Assembly (NCBI GenBank): GCA_031370645.1
Contig: JANMQV010000152.1
Span: 102,473-166,472, forward strand
Source: Candidatus Eiseniibacteriota bacterium
GTDB lineage: Bacteria > Eisenbacteria > RBG-16-71-46 > SZUA-252
Reading direction: 5' to 3'
Length of the DNA: 64,000 nt
Part shown: piece after piece, positions 1-10,476 of the stretch
Layout: every line of letters starts with the position of its first letter
Position numbering within the stretch: position 1 is the stretch's first letter
Program-made: the position numbers and the translations under genes
The notes under the pieces: generated by a model
What the model saw: only the letters and a program-made list of their open reading frames with translations
The model's database searches: none
What the model was told of the DNA's origin: nothing

Positions 1-1
1 C

Positions 2-490
2 TTCTACCGTCTCGACGTCATTCGCATCGACGTGCCGCCCCTTCGCGAGCGGCCCGAGGACGTTCCGGCGCTCGTCGATCACTTCGTCGCGAACTTCAAC
101 CGGGAACTCGGGAAGTCGGTGAAGGGGGCTACGGACGAAGCGATGGGGCTCATGATGGCGTACCCCTGGAGGGGGAACGTCCGCGAGCTAAAGAACGTCC
201 TCGAGCGCACCATTCTCCTCGAATCGGATGAGTGGATCCTTCCCGAGCATCTCCCGTCGGAAATTGTCGGCGTCGGCGGTTCGGGAACGCAGGTGCTGGA
301 GGCCCGCCTCCACACGGAGGGGGGCGTGACGACGCTCGCGCAGGCGGAGCGCGTCGCGATCGAGATGGCGCTTTCTCACGCCGGCGGCAACAAGACGCGC
401 GCGGCCGAGGCGCTCGGCATCTCGCGCCAGACGCTTCGGACGAAGTTGAAGGAGTATCGGATCGAGGGCCCCGCCGGCCATGCCGGCTGA
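2..490 (+). CDS. Sigma-54-dependent Fis/NtrC-family transcriptional regulator, C-terminal part (5' end outside window)
   Basis: Frame from base 2 reads FYRLDVIRIDVPPLRER...YPWRGNVRELKN (AAA+ C-terminus), then a Fis HTH (GGNKTRAAEALGISRQTLRTKL). Confidence 0.93.
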   Translation, partial: FYRLDVIRIDVPPLRERPEDVPALVDHFVANFNRELGKSVKGATDEAMGLMMAYPWRGNVRELKNVLERTILLESDEWILPEHLPSEIVGVGGSGTQVLEARLHTEGGVTTLAQAERVAIEMALSHAGGNKTRAAEALGISRQTLRTKLKEYRIEGPAGHAG

Positions 491-1685
491 GCCGGCGCCC
501 TCCGCGGCGCCGGCGGACTTCTCGTTGGAGCGTGGCGGCGCCGTCTCGCCGCGCGCGGGGCTGCTTACGACCGGACACGGCGTCGTTCGCACGCCGGCCT
601 TCATGCCGGTCGGAACGCAGGGGACGGTGAAGGGGCTCTCCCCGGCCGATCTCCGCGTCTCAGGGACGCAGATCCTCCTCTCGAACACCTATCACCTGAT
701 GCTCCGACCTGGTGCGGAGCTGATCCGCTCGCTTGGCGGGCTCCACCGCTTCATGGGATGGGACGCGCCGATCCTCACTGACAGCGGCGGTTACCAAATC
801 CTGAGTCTCAAGGAGCGCGTGAAGATCACCGAGGAGGGCGTGGCGTTCCGCTCTCACCTGGACGGGCGCCCCGAACTCCTCACGCCGGAGCGAGCCATGG
901 AAGTGCAGGCCGATCTCGGCGTCGACATCGCGGTGACGCTCGACCACGCGATCTTGTTGCCGGCAACGCCGGAAGCGGTGCGCGACGCCGGGGAGCGGAC
1001 GATCCGGTGGACCGAGCGCTCCCTCGCCCACGCGGCCACGCTCGACACGCCGACCGGGCTTCCGCAGCTCCACTTCGCCATCGCGCAGGGAGGGGGCGAC
1101 CCCGCGCTGCGCGCGGAGATGGCGGAGCGGACCGCGCGAATGCCCTGCGACGGCTTTTGCATCGGCGGGCTCTCGGTGGGGGAATCGAAAGAGGAGACGT
1201 GGACGCTCGCGCGCGCGGCCACGGGCGCGCTCCCGGTCGACCGGCCGCGCTACCTCATGGGGATGGGCACGCCGCGCGACTTGTTGGATGGAGTCGCCTC
1301 GGGTGTCGATCTATTCGACTGTGTGCTCCCGACGCGGAACGCGCGAAACGGAATGGCCTTCACGCACGACGGCCCGATCAACATTCGAAACGCCGTCCAC
1401 GCGCGCGATCCGCGGCCGCTCGACACGGAATGCGGCTGCGAGGCCTGCGTCGAGTTTTCACGCGCCTATTTGCGGCATCTCCACATCGCCGGGGAGATCC
1501 TGGCGCACCGTATGCTCACCTTGCACAACGTCACGTTTTACCAGACACTCATGGCAGGCGCCCGCGCGGCGATCGAGCGGGGCGCCTACGATGAATTCCA
1601 CCGCGCGGTGACCGAACGCTACCGCGAGCGCGCCGGGGCCGACGAGCCACCCGCGCGCGATACCCACGCAGGAGATTCCGAATGA
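480..1685 (+). CDS. tgt: Queuine tRNA-ribosyltransferase (tRNA-guanine transglycosylase)
   Basis: Motifs TPAFMPVGT, LSNTYHL, LTDSGGYQ, GGLSVGE, FDCVLPTRNARNG and Zn site CGCEAC...H; lies upstream of yajC. Confidence 0.97.
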   Translation: MPAEPAPSAAPADFSLERGGAVSPRAGLLTTGHGVVRTPAFMPVGTQGTVKGLSPADLRVSGTQILLSNTYHLMLRPGAELIRSLGGLHRFMGWDAPILTDSGGYQILSLKERVKITEEGVAFRSHLDGRPELLTPERAMEVQADLGVDIAVTLDHAILLPATPEAVRDAGERTIRWTERSLAHAATLDTPTGLPQLHFAIAQGGGDPALRAEMAERTARMPCDGFCIGGLSVGESKEETWTLARAATGALPVDRPRYLMGMGTPRDLLDGVASGVDLFDCVLPTRNARNGMAFTHDGPINIRNAVHARDPRPLDTECGCEACVEFSRAYLRHLHIAGEILAHRMLTLHNVTFYQTLMAGARAAIERGAYDEFHRAVTERYRERAGADEPPARDTHAGDSE

Positions 1686-2002
1686 TCGAAGCCGTCTACG
1701 CCCAGGCGGCCGCCCCGGCGGCGCCCTCGGCGCAGGAGCAGATGCTGCATATGGTCGTGATCCTCGCCATCACGGTGGGGATTTTCTACTTCATGATCAT
1801 CCGGCCCCAGCAGAAGCGGCAGAAGGAGACCGAGTCCATGCTTGCCGCCATCAAGAAGGGGGACCGGGTGCTCACCACCGGAGGCATCTACGGCACCGTC
1901 GTCGGAACGAAGGACGACGTCGTGGTCCTGAAGGTGACCGAGGAGGTGAAGTTGGAATTTTCACGCGCGAGTATCGTGCAGGTGAAGGAGCGCGGTGAGT
2001 AG
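1682..2002 (+). CDS. yajC: Preprotein translocase subunit YajC
   Basis: TM helix followed by FYFMIIRPQQKRQK and KKGDRVLTTGGIYG; ATGA overlap with tgt. Confidence 0.96.
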   Translation: MIEAVYAQAAAPAAPSAQEQMLHMVVILAITVGIFYFMIIRPQQKRQKETESMLAAIKKGDRVLTTGGIYGTVVGTKDDVVVLKVTEEVKLEFSRASIVQVKERGE

Positions 2003-2573
2003 AGAGCCGCTCCCGCTTCGCTTTCTCGGCGATCCCGTTCTTCGCCGGAAGGCCGAAGCGATCCCCGAGGTGACGCTCGAGATCCGCGATCTCATCGAGG
2101 CGCTGTTCGCCACGATGTACTTCGAGGAGGGTGTCGGCCTTGCGGCGCCTCAGGTCGGGCGATCGGTCCGCCTCTTTGTCATCGACGTGGAGCCGGAGGA
2201 GGAGGGGGGCGCCCGCGTGAAGCAGGCATTCGTGAACCCCGTCATCCGCGAGCGCTCCGGTGAAATGGTCGGCGAGGAGGGATGTCTTTCGATCCCCGGG
2301 CTCCGCGCCGACGTGAAACGCGCCGCGCGCGTCGTCATGGAGGCGCTCGACGCCGACGGGAAGCCGGTCCGCATCGAAGCGGAGGGGATCGTGGCCCGCG
2401 CGCTCCAGCACGAACTGGATCACCTCGACGGCATCGTCTTCCTCGATCGCCTTGGCCCGATCACGCGCCGCCTCCTCGAAGCGAAGTGGAAGCGCGTGCG
2501 GCCCGACGTCGAATCCGACCGCGCCTCCCGCTCCACCGACGACGGCGCCTCGGGAGCCGCGCCGTCCCGCTGA
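1995..2573 (+). CDS. def: Peptide deformylase
   Basis: Motifs GVGLAAPQVG, EEGCLSIPG and QHELDHLDG; GTG start. Confidence 0.97.
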   Translation: MSREPLPLRFLGDPVLRRKAEAIPEVTLEIRDLIEALFATMYFEEGVGLAAPQVGRSVRLFVIDVEPEEEGGARVKQAFVNPVIRERSGEMVGEEGCLSIPGLRADVKRAARVVMEALDADGKPVRIEAEGIVARALQHELDHLDGIVFLDRLGPITRRLLEAKWKRVRPDVESDRASRSTDDGASGAAPSR

Positions 2574-2581
2574 GGGGCGCC

Positions 2582-3583
2582 ATGCGCCTCGTCTATTACG
2601 GCACGCCGGAACACGCCGTGCCACCGCTCCGCCGCCTTGTCGCCGATGGTGTGGCTCCGCTCCTCGTGGTCACGCGCCGCGACAAGCCGAAGGGCCGCGG
2701 ACTCACACTCTCCCCTTCGCCCGTTCGCGCCGCCGCCGAATCGCTCGGCATTCCGGTCGTCACGCCCGATCGCGCCAGCGCCGAGGAGGAAGTGGAACGC
2801 GTGCGCTCGTTCTCGCCCGATCTTCTGGTGGTCGTCGCCTACGGACAGATTCTGAGCCCTGCGCTTTTGGCGGTGCCGCGGCTCGGGGCCTTGAACGTTC
2901 ACTTCTCGCTCTTGCCGCGCCATCGCGGTGCCGCGCCGATCCAGGCGGCCATCCTGGCGGGAGACGAGGAGACCGGCGTCAGCACCATGTGGATGACCGA
3001 GGGTCTCGACGAGGGGCCGGTATTTCTCGAACGTGCCACGCCGATCGCCTCCGGCGAGAACGCGGCGATGTTGGGGAATCGATTGGCGGAGATGGGAGCG
3101 GAGTTGCTGGCGGAGTCGCTTGCGTTGTCGGCGCGCGGCGTGGTGACGCGGCGCGCGCAGGATCACGCGAGGGCCACGTACGCTCCGAAGTTGAAAACCT
3201 CCGATGCTCGTCTCGCGGTGAGCGGTTCCTCGGACGACCTGGAGCGTCGCGTGCGCGCCTACACGCCGGAGCCTGGCGCTTGGCTCGATCTGGGGTCGGG
3301 GAGGCTCGTCGTCCTGGCCGCGACCGCGGACCCGGCCGCAGCGACGACCGGTGCGGGTGTCGTCGCCGCGCCGCCCGGTACGGCCGCCGTCGCCGCGCCG
3401 CCCGCCGGAACCGTGATCGCCATCGACCGCGCGCGCGGGTTGGGTGTCGCCTGCGGCCACGGCACGCTCTGGCTCTCGAGAGTCCGCCCCGCGGGGCGGA
3501 AGGAAATGTCGGGCGCCGACTACGCGAACGGCGCGCGGCTTCAGCCCGGCTCGCCCCTCCCGCTTCGCGCGGGGACGGCATGA
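2582..3583 (+). CDS. fmt: Methionyl-tRNA formyltransferase
   Basis: Start at ATG 2582 (MRLVYYGTP); VVAYGQIL, NVHFSLLPRHRGAAPI, ATYAPKL; follows def. Confidence 0.95.
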   Translation: MRLVYYGTPEHAVPPLRRLVADGVAPLLVVTRRDKPKGRGLTLSPSPVRAAAESLGIPVVTPDRASAEEEVERVRSFSPDLLVVVAYGQILSPALLAVPRLGALNVHFSLLPRHRGAAPIQAAILAGDEETGVSTMWMTEGLDEGPVFLERATPIASGENAAMLGNRLAEMGAELLAESLALSARGVVTRRAQDHARATYAPKLKTSDARLAVSGSSDDLERRVRAYTPEPGAWLDLGSGRLVVLAATADPAAATTGAGVVAAPPGTAAVAAPPAGTVIAIDRARGLGVACGHGTLWLSRVRPAGRKEMSGADYANGARLQPGSPLPLRAGTA

Positions 3584-4956
3584 GCGCTCCTCCGCGCCGC
3601 ACGCCGCCGCGCCGGAGAAAGACTTCTCCGCGCGAGCTCGCGCTCCAGATTCTCCACGACGCCGAGAGCCGAAGCGCCTACGCCGACCGCCTCCTCGAAA
3701 CGCGCCTTCGGGCGAACGCGCTCGAGCCGCGCGACGCCGCATTCGTCACGACCCTCGTGCAGGGAACACTTCGATACCGTGCGCTCCTCGACCATCATCT
3801 CGACGCGCTCCTGGGCGCGCGCCAGGATGGCATGGCGGGCCTTCCGCTCTGGATTCGCACCGCACTTCGCCTCGGGGCGTATCAGATGCTGGTCCTCACG
3901 CGAGTGCCGGCTTCGGCCGCGGTGACGGAGAGCGTGGAGCTGGCGAAGCAGTACGGCCACCCCGGGACGGCGGGGCTCGTGAACGCGGTGCTCCGGAAAC
4001 TCGCGTCCGGGGAGCGCGCTCCGCTGCCTCCGCTCGAAGTCGATCCAGTCGCTCACCTCGCGGTCGCCACGTCGCATCCGCGATGGCTCGTGGAACGATG
4101 GGTCGCGCGATGGGGGGTGGAGGAGGCCGCGCGGCTCCTCCACGCCGACAACGACGAGCCGGCCATCACCGTGCGGCCGAATCTCCACCGGCTCCGCCTG
4201 GCGGCCTTCGAGGAGGCGCTCCGCGCGGAAGGGCACGAATCGATCCCCGGGGCGAATGGCGGGCCCGTTCGTGTCGTCGCCCCCGGCTATGTGCCGAGCC
4301 GCTCGCAACTCTTCCGGCAGGGAATGCTCTGGCTTCAAGACGAAGCGGAGTCGGTGGTGCCGCTCCTTCTCGGCGTGAAGCCGGGGATGCGCGTGCTCGA
4401 CTACTGCGCGGCACCCGGCGGGAAAGCGGCGGCGCTGGCCGAGGCCGTGGCGCCGAACGGACTCATCGTCGCCATGGAACGCCACCAGAGCCGAGCGCGC
4501 TCCATGCGCGAGAACTTGGCCGAGCGACTCCGCATGCCGCGCATCTCCGTCGTCTGCGCCGACGGTGTGCGGCCTCCGTTCGCCGCGCCGTTCGACGCGA
4601 TCCTCGTCGACGCTCCGTGCAGCGGCCTGGGCGTCCTTCGCCGTCGCGCGGATGCGCGGTGGCGGAAAGAGGCGCCGATCATCGCGGAGATGGCGGCGCT
4701 CCAACGCTCGCTCCTCCACGCTGCCGCGGCGCTCGTCCGTCGGGGCGGCGTCATGGTGTATAGTGTCTGCTCGTTGGAACCAGAAGAGACCGACGCGACC
4801 GTGAAGGAGTTTCTCGACACGCATTCCGACTTCGTCCACGAGGACGCGCGTCCGTTCGTGCCGCCGAAATTCCGCGGCGCCGACTCCGCGATCCGGGCGC
4901 TTCCCCACATTCACGGGACCGACGGCGTCTACGCCGTACGGCTCCGACGCGCATGA
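3580..4956 (+). CDS. rsmB: 16S rRNA m5C967 methyltransferase RsmB/Sun (NusB-like N-terminal domain)
   Basis: ATG 3580 overlaps fmt stop; GLVNAVLRK, SHPRWLV, LDYCAAPGGK, ILVDAPCSGLG, VYSVCSL. Confidence 0.95.
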   Translation: MSAPPRRTPPRRRKTSPRELALQILHDAESRSAYADRLLETRLRANALEPRDAAFVTTLVQGTLRYRALLDHHLDALLGARQDGMAGLPLWIRTALRLGAYQMLVLTRVPASAAVTESVELAKQYGHPGTAGLVNAVLRKLASGERAPLPPLEVDPVAHLAVATSHPRWLVERWVARWGVEEAARLLHADNDEPAITVRPNLHRLRLAAFEEALRAEGHESIPGANGGPVRVVAPGYVPSRSQLFRQGMLWLQDEAESVVPLLLGVKPGMRVLDYCAAPGGKAAALAEAVAPNGLIVAMERHQSRARSMRENLAERLRMPRISVVCADGVRPPFAAPFDAILVDAPCSGLGVLRRRADARWRKEAPIIAEMAALQRSLLHAAAALVRRGGVMVYSVCSLEPEETDATVKEFLDTHSDFVHEDARPFVPPKFRGADSAIRALPHIHGTDGVYAVRLRRA

Positions 4957-5756
4957 GCGATATCGAGAAAGACAAAGTCTCCATCGACGAGCTGGCCCCC
5001 GAAGTCGAAGCGCCGCGGCCGTCCGACCGCCGGCGCGGCCTCCGTTTCAACCTCATCACCGGCACGCTTCTCCTCTCCGCCATCGCCTTGGCCGGCGGGT
5101 TCTTCATCGTAAATCTCGTCCTCATGCCTTCGTTGACGCGGCAGGGAGAGGAAGTTCGCGTGCCCGACATCGTGGGGCTGAGCGAGCGCGAGGCCGAACG
5201 CTCCTTGGGGGGAGGCGATCTTCGCCTGTCCAAAATCTCCGAGCAATGGAGCCCCGACGTACCGCGCGGCTACGTCTCGCGGCAAGATCCGGAACCGGGC
5301 TCGGTGGTGAAGCGCGGACGGCGGATCTCGGTCGTCGTGAGCCTCGGCGCTCAAGGGACGACGGTGCCGGTCGTGGATGGGGAATCGCTCCAGCGCGCCG
5401 AGATCATGCTCGTAGGAGCGGGGCTTCGCCGCGGACGCACCGCGCGCGTTTACACCGACGAAGCGCCGCGCGATGCGGTCGTCGCGAGCGATCCGCCCGG
5501 CGATACCGTAGTTCAGCAGGAGACTACGGTAGACCTGCTCGTCAGCATGGGACCCTTGCCGCGCGGATATGTCCTTCCCGATCTGACTGGTCGCGAGGTG
5601 GTGCCGGTCGCGAGAGCGCTTCGAGACGAGGGATTCCTCGTGATCACGCGCGCGGGGGGGCCGCGGGAGAGGAGCGGGTTCGTCTCGGCGCAGCAGCCGA
5701 CGCCGGGCAGCCGCGTGGCGCCGCGCGACTCGATCGTTCTCTACGCCAACCCATGA
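4953..5756 (+). CDS. Membrane-anchored protein with three PASTA domains and no kinase domain
   Basis: One TM helix, then repeats VPDIVG..., VPVVDG... and LPDLTG..., each with QxPxPG-like motifs. Confidence 0.88.
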   Translation: MSDIEKDKVSIDELAPEVEAPRPSDRRRGLRFNLITGTLLLSAIALAGGFFIVNLVLMPSLTRQGEEVRVPDIVGLSEREAERSLGGGDLRLSKISEQWSPDVPRGYVSRQDPEPGSVVKRGRRISVVVSLGAQGTTVPVVDGESLQRAEIMLVGAGLRRGRTARVYTDEAPRDAVVASDPPGDTVVQQETTVDLLVSMGPLPRGYVLPDLTGREVVPVARALRDEGFLVITRAGGPRERSGFVSAQQPTPGSRVAPRDSIVLYANP

Positions 5757-6466
5757 GCGCCGCCGCGAACTGGGCGAAGCCGCCAGAGACGCGGCTCTGC
5801 CCCTCGATCCTCTCCGCCGATTTCGCGCACCTTGGCGAGCAGATCGCGCTCGTGCAGCGGGCCGGCGCCGATTTTCTCCACGTTGACGTCATGGACGCCC
5901 AGTTCGTCCCGAATCTCACGTTCGGGCCGATCATCGTGGAGGCGTGCCGGAAACTCACCTCGTTGCCGCTCGATGTGCACTTGATGGTGGTCGAGCCGAT
6001 GCGGTTTCTCGAAGGGTTCGCGCGCGCCGGGGCGGATCATCTGACGGTGCATCTCGAAGCGGTGACCGATCCCGCGGCCGCGGCTCGGGCGATTCGTGAT
6101 CGCGGGCTCCGCGCCGGCATTGCCATCAAGCCGGGGACGCCGATCGAACAGATCCTTCCGGTGTTGGGCGACGTCGATCTCGCGCTGGTGATGACGGTGG
6201 AACCTGGCGCGGGCGGGCAGTCGTTCCTTCCCGACTCGCTACGTCGGATCGCGCGCGTTCGACAGACAATCGCCGCCGGCGATCTCGACTGCTTGCTGCA
6301 AGTGGATGGTGGAATCTCCAAGGAAACGATCGCCGGCGCCGCGGAGGCGGGCGCCGACACGTTCGTCGCCGGGAATTCCGTCTTCCGCGCTCCCGATCCC
6401 GCCAAAGCCCTCCATGAACTCCGCGAGGCGCTCAAAGCCGCGCCAGGCCGCGCCAAGCGCGCATGA
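5753..6466 (+). CDS. rpe: Ribulose-phosphate 3-epimerase
   Basis: ATG 5753; PSILSADF, HVDVMD, LDVHLMV, MTVEPGAGGQ, LQVDGGI. Confidence 0.96.
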   Translation: MSAAANWAKPPETRLCPSILSADFAHLGEQIALVQRAGADFLHVDVMDAQFVPNLTFGPIIVEACRKLTSLPLDVHLMVVEPMRFLEGFARAGADHLTVHLEAVTDPAAAARAIRDRGLRAGIAIKPGTPIEQILPVLGDVDLALVMTVEPGAGGQSFLPDSLRRIARVRQTIAAGDLDCLLQVDGGISKETIAGAAEAGADTFVAGNSVFRAPDPAKALHELREALKAAPGRAKRA

Positions 6467-7446
6467 ACTTCCTCGTCGTCGGGGGCGCCGGCTACATCGG
6501 AAGCGTCGTCTGCGAAGAGCTGGTTCGGGCGCGGAACTCCGTGATCGTGCTGGACGATCTCTCCACCGGGCACCGCGACGCCGTTCCGGCGTTGGCGTAT
6601 CTGGTGGAGGGAAGCCTCACGGATGAGGCTGCGCTGAAGGAGGCGCTGACGGTCAAGGAGATCGACGTCGTCATTCACCTGGCGGCGAAGTCGATCGTCG
6701 GCGAGTCGGTGCGTGAGCCCGAGGCCTACCAGGAGGCGAACGTCACGAATGGCGTGCGGCTCCTGGATGCCATGCAACGCCACGATGTTCGACGAATCGT
6801 CTTCTCTTCGACCGCGGCGGTCTACGATCCCGCGGCCGCCATGCCGCTTCGCGAGTCGTCCTCGCTCCGACCACTCAATCCATACGGCGCCACGAAACTC
6901 GCGTTCGAGCGCATCTTGTCCGAGCGCGCGGGGGTCGGTTCGATCTCGCACGTCACGCTCCGCTATTTCAACGTCGCCGGCGCGAGCATCGATCACGGCG
7001 AGGACCATCGCGACGAGACGCATCTCATTCCGTTGTTGCTCGACGCGGTCCGAGGCGCGCGAGGGCCGGTGCCGGTATATGGAACGGACTATTCCACGCC
7101 CGATGGAACGGCTGTCCGCGACTACGTTCACGTGTTGGATTTAGCGGAGGCTCACGTCCGGGCGGCGAAGTACCTGGCTGCCGATGGCGAGCCGGTCACG
7201 CTGAATCTCGGCTCGGAACGGGGCGCCTCCGTGCGGGAAGTGATCGGCGCCGTGCGCCGCGTGACCGGAAGCGACGTCCCGACCGCGGACGCCGACCGTC
7301 GCGAGGGCGATCCGCCGCTCCTCATCGCCTCGTCCGAATCGGCCCGGCGCGTGTTAGGCTGGAAGCCCCAGTTCGGAGAGCTCGACACCATCGTGGAAAC
7401 GGCGTGGACCTGGCGCCAACGCTACCCGGAGGGCTACGAGTCATGA
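6463..7446 (+). CDS. galE: UDP-glucose 4-epimerase
   Basis: GGAGYIGS Rossmann motif, FSSTAAVY, PYGATK, LRYFNVAGA, DGTAVRDYVHV. Confidence 0.94.
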   Translation: MNFLVVGGAGYIGSVVCEELVRARNSVIVLDDLSTGHRDAVPALAYLVEGSLTDEAALKEALTVKEIDVVIHLAAKSIVGESVREPEAYQEANVTNGVRLLDAMQRHDVRRIVFSSTAAVYDPAAAMPLRESSSLRPLNPYGATKLAFERILSERAGVGSISHVTLRYFNVAGASIDHGEDHRDETHLIPLLLDAVRGARGPVPVYGTDYSTPDGTAVRDYVHVLDLAEAHVRAAKYLAADGEPVTLNLGSERGASVREVIGAVRRVTGSDVPTADADRREGDPPLLIASSESARRVLGWKPQFGELDTIVETAWTWRQRYPEGYES

Positions 7447-7748
7447 GCGAAGACGAACGTCTGGTATCGGTACGACGCGTCCAAGACGAGACGACGGCGA
7501 CCCTGCTGGTCGATTTTCTCCGCTCGAACGGCGTCCCCGCGACGGCCGTGGCGATGCAAATTCCGTGGCTTCCCGGCGTCGAGACGTTCCGCCAGGGATT
7601 TTGGGGGCACGTGGAAGTGATGGAGCGCGACGCCGAGCGCGCGAAGGTGTTGATCGACGATTTCTTCGCCGGCGACGTGCAGGATGAGCCGGGTTTGGAG
7701 ACGACGACGAACGGCGCCGATCTGACCGACGATGAGGAGCGGGAGTGA
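7443..7748 (+). CDS. Small DUF2007-like (putative signal-transducing) protein with acidic tail
   Basis: ATG 7443 overlaps galE stop; pattern A..L...LRSNGVPA...VEV..RD.ERAK.LI resembles DUF2007. Confidence 0.65.
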   Translation: MSEDERLVSVRRVQDETTATLLVDFLRSNGVPATAVAMQIPWLPGVETFRQGFWGHVEVMERDAERAKVLIDDFFAGDVQDEPGLETTTNGADLTDDEERE

Positions 7749-8770
7749 ATCCGGCTTCCATGGCGACGCGACGGGCTCCCTCGTTCACGCGTAGTGCCTT
7801 GGCCGCTCGCGTTGGTGAGTTCCGCGGCAAACGGGTGCTCGTGATCGGCGACGTGATCCTCGATCGCTACCTCTGGGGGCGCGCCACGCGCGTCTCTCCC
7901 GAGGCACCGGTGCTGGTCGTGGATGTCGATCGTGAGGAGTTTCGGCTTGGCGGCGCCGCCAACGTGGCACATAACGTGGCATCGCTCGGCGCGAAGCCCG
8001 TCTTGTTCGGCGTCTGTGGGACGGATTTGGCGTCGGGTGCCTTGGCGCGGCTCTTGAGCGAGCGCGGCGTCGATCCCGAAGCGGGCATGATCACCGACGC
8101 CTCGCGCCGCACGACCGTGAAGACGCGGATCATTGCTCATCACCAGCAGGTGCTCCGGGCCGACGAAGAAACGCGCGACGCCTGCGCCGATTCGACCCGC
8201 GCGCGTTTATTGGATCGTATTGTGTCAGGGCTCGATGGCGCCGATGCCGTGATCGTGTCGGATTACGGCAAGGGCGTCCTGTCCCAGCCCTTATTGGACT
8301 CGTTGCTCCCCGAATTGACGCGCCGCGGTATTCCAACCGCCGTCGATCCCAAAGAAGAGCAGTTCTTCCGCTACAAAGGCGTCACCGTCATCACGCCCAA
8401 CCTGAGCGAAGCGTCGCAAGCGTGGGGCCGGCGAATTCGGAGCGAAGTCGAACTCGCTGAGGCGGGGTTCGGTCTTCGCGAGAAGTTGGGTTCGCGTTCG
8501 GTTCTGATCACGCGCGGCGAGGACGGCATGTCGCTCTTCGACGAGGAAGGGCACACGCACATCCCGACCAAGGCGCGGGAGGTCTACGACGTCACCGGCG
8601 CCGGCGACACGGTTGTAGCGACCATGGGCGTGGCGCTAGCCGCGCGGGCGCCCTTGGCCGAGGCGTGCGTCTTGGCGAATCACGCGGCGGGGCTGGTGGT
8701 GGCGCACTTGGGCACGGCCGCCGCGACCGCCGATGATCTCATCGCTTCGCTGCAAGACTTGGAAGGGTAG
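7745..8770 (+). CDS. rfaE1: D-glycero-beta-D-manno-heptose-7-phosphate kinase (HldE domain I)
   Basis: GDVILDRY, RVSPEAPVLV, GGAANVA, SDYGKG, TPNLSE, DVTGAGDTV (PfkB family). Alternative start ATG 7760. Confidence 0.93.
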   Translation: MNPASMATRRAPSFTRSALAARVGEFRGKRVLVIGDVILDRYLWGRATRVSPEAPVLVVDVDREEFRLGGAANVAHNVASLGAKPVLFGVCGTDLASGALARLLSERGVDPEAGMITDASRRTTVKTRIIAHHQQVLRADEETRDACADSTRARLLDRIVSGLDGADAVIVSDYGKGVLSQPLLDSLLPELTRRGIPTAVDPKEEQFFRYKGVTVITPNLSEASQAWGRRIRSEVELAEAGFGLREKLGSRSVLITRGEDGMSLFDEEGHTHIPTKAREVYDVTGAGDTVVATMGVALAARAPLAEACVLANHAAGLVVAHLGTAAATADDLIASLQDLEG

Positions 8771-8777
8771 GGGACTC

Positions 8778-9239
8778 GTGGGCGAAGTGCTAAGCCTCGA
8801 AGACGCACTCCGCCGCCGCGCATCGGTGCGCGTAAGAGGCATGAAGTTCGTGTTCACGAATGGTTGCTTCGATCTCATTCATCCGGGGCATGTGGCGCTG
8901 TTGCGGGAGGCACGGAAGCAGGGCGATTACCTACTGGTCGCGATCAACAGCGATCGCTCTGCGCGCGGATTGAAGGGCGAGGGAAGGCCGGTGCAGAACG
9001 AAGCGGATCGGGCCGAAGTACTCGCCGCGATGCGCGATGTCGATGGGGTCGTGGTGTTCGACGAGGAGACACCGGCGAAGGTGATCGAAGCGATCAAGCC
9101 GGATGTGCTGGTGAAGGGTGGGGACTACACGCCGGACAACGTCGTCGGGCGTGAAGTCGTGGAGAAGGCTGGCGGCCGCGTCCACATCGTGCCACTCGTA
9201 CCGGGGAAGAGCTCCAGCGCCCTCGCTGGGAATGCCTAA
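8778..9239 (+). CDS. rfaE2: D-glycero-beta-D-manno-heptose-1-phosphate adenylyltransferase (HldE domain II)
   Basis: VFTNGCFDLIHPGH, NSDRS, LKGEGRP, PDVLVKGGDY; GTG start inferred at 8778. Confidence 0.93.
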   Translation: MGEVLSLEDALRRRASVRVRGMKFVFTNGCFDLIHPGHVALLREARKQGDYLLVAINSDRSARGLKGEGRPVQNEADRAEVLAAMRDVDGVVVFDEETPAKVIEAIKPDVLVKGGDYTPDNVVGREVVEKAGGRVHIVPLVPGKSSSALAGNA

Positions 9240-9248
9240 TAGCAGCGC

Positions 9249-10469
<1,221 letters not shown>

Positions 10470-10476
10470 GGCCGCG

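Noticed and set aside
3358-3412. Short direct repeat in fmt (VAAPPGT-AA-VAAPPAGT)
   Set aside because: A single in-frame micro-duplication in a variable loop; not an array.
2282-3579. Long N-terminal extensions of fmt and rsmB in the ORF track (also rpe, sucC, aroQ, lptG, DUF3108 and UPF0104)
   Set aside because: Artefacts of calling the first possible start; true starts are the downstream ATG/GTG codons, most of which overlap or closely follow the previous stop. These are not fusions.
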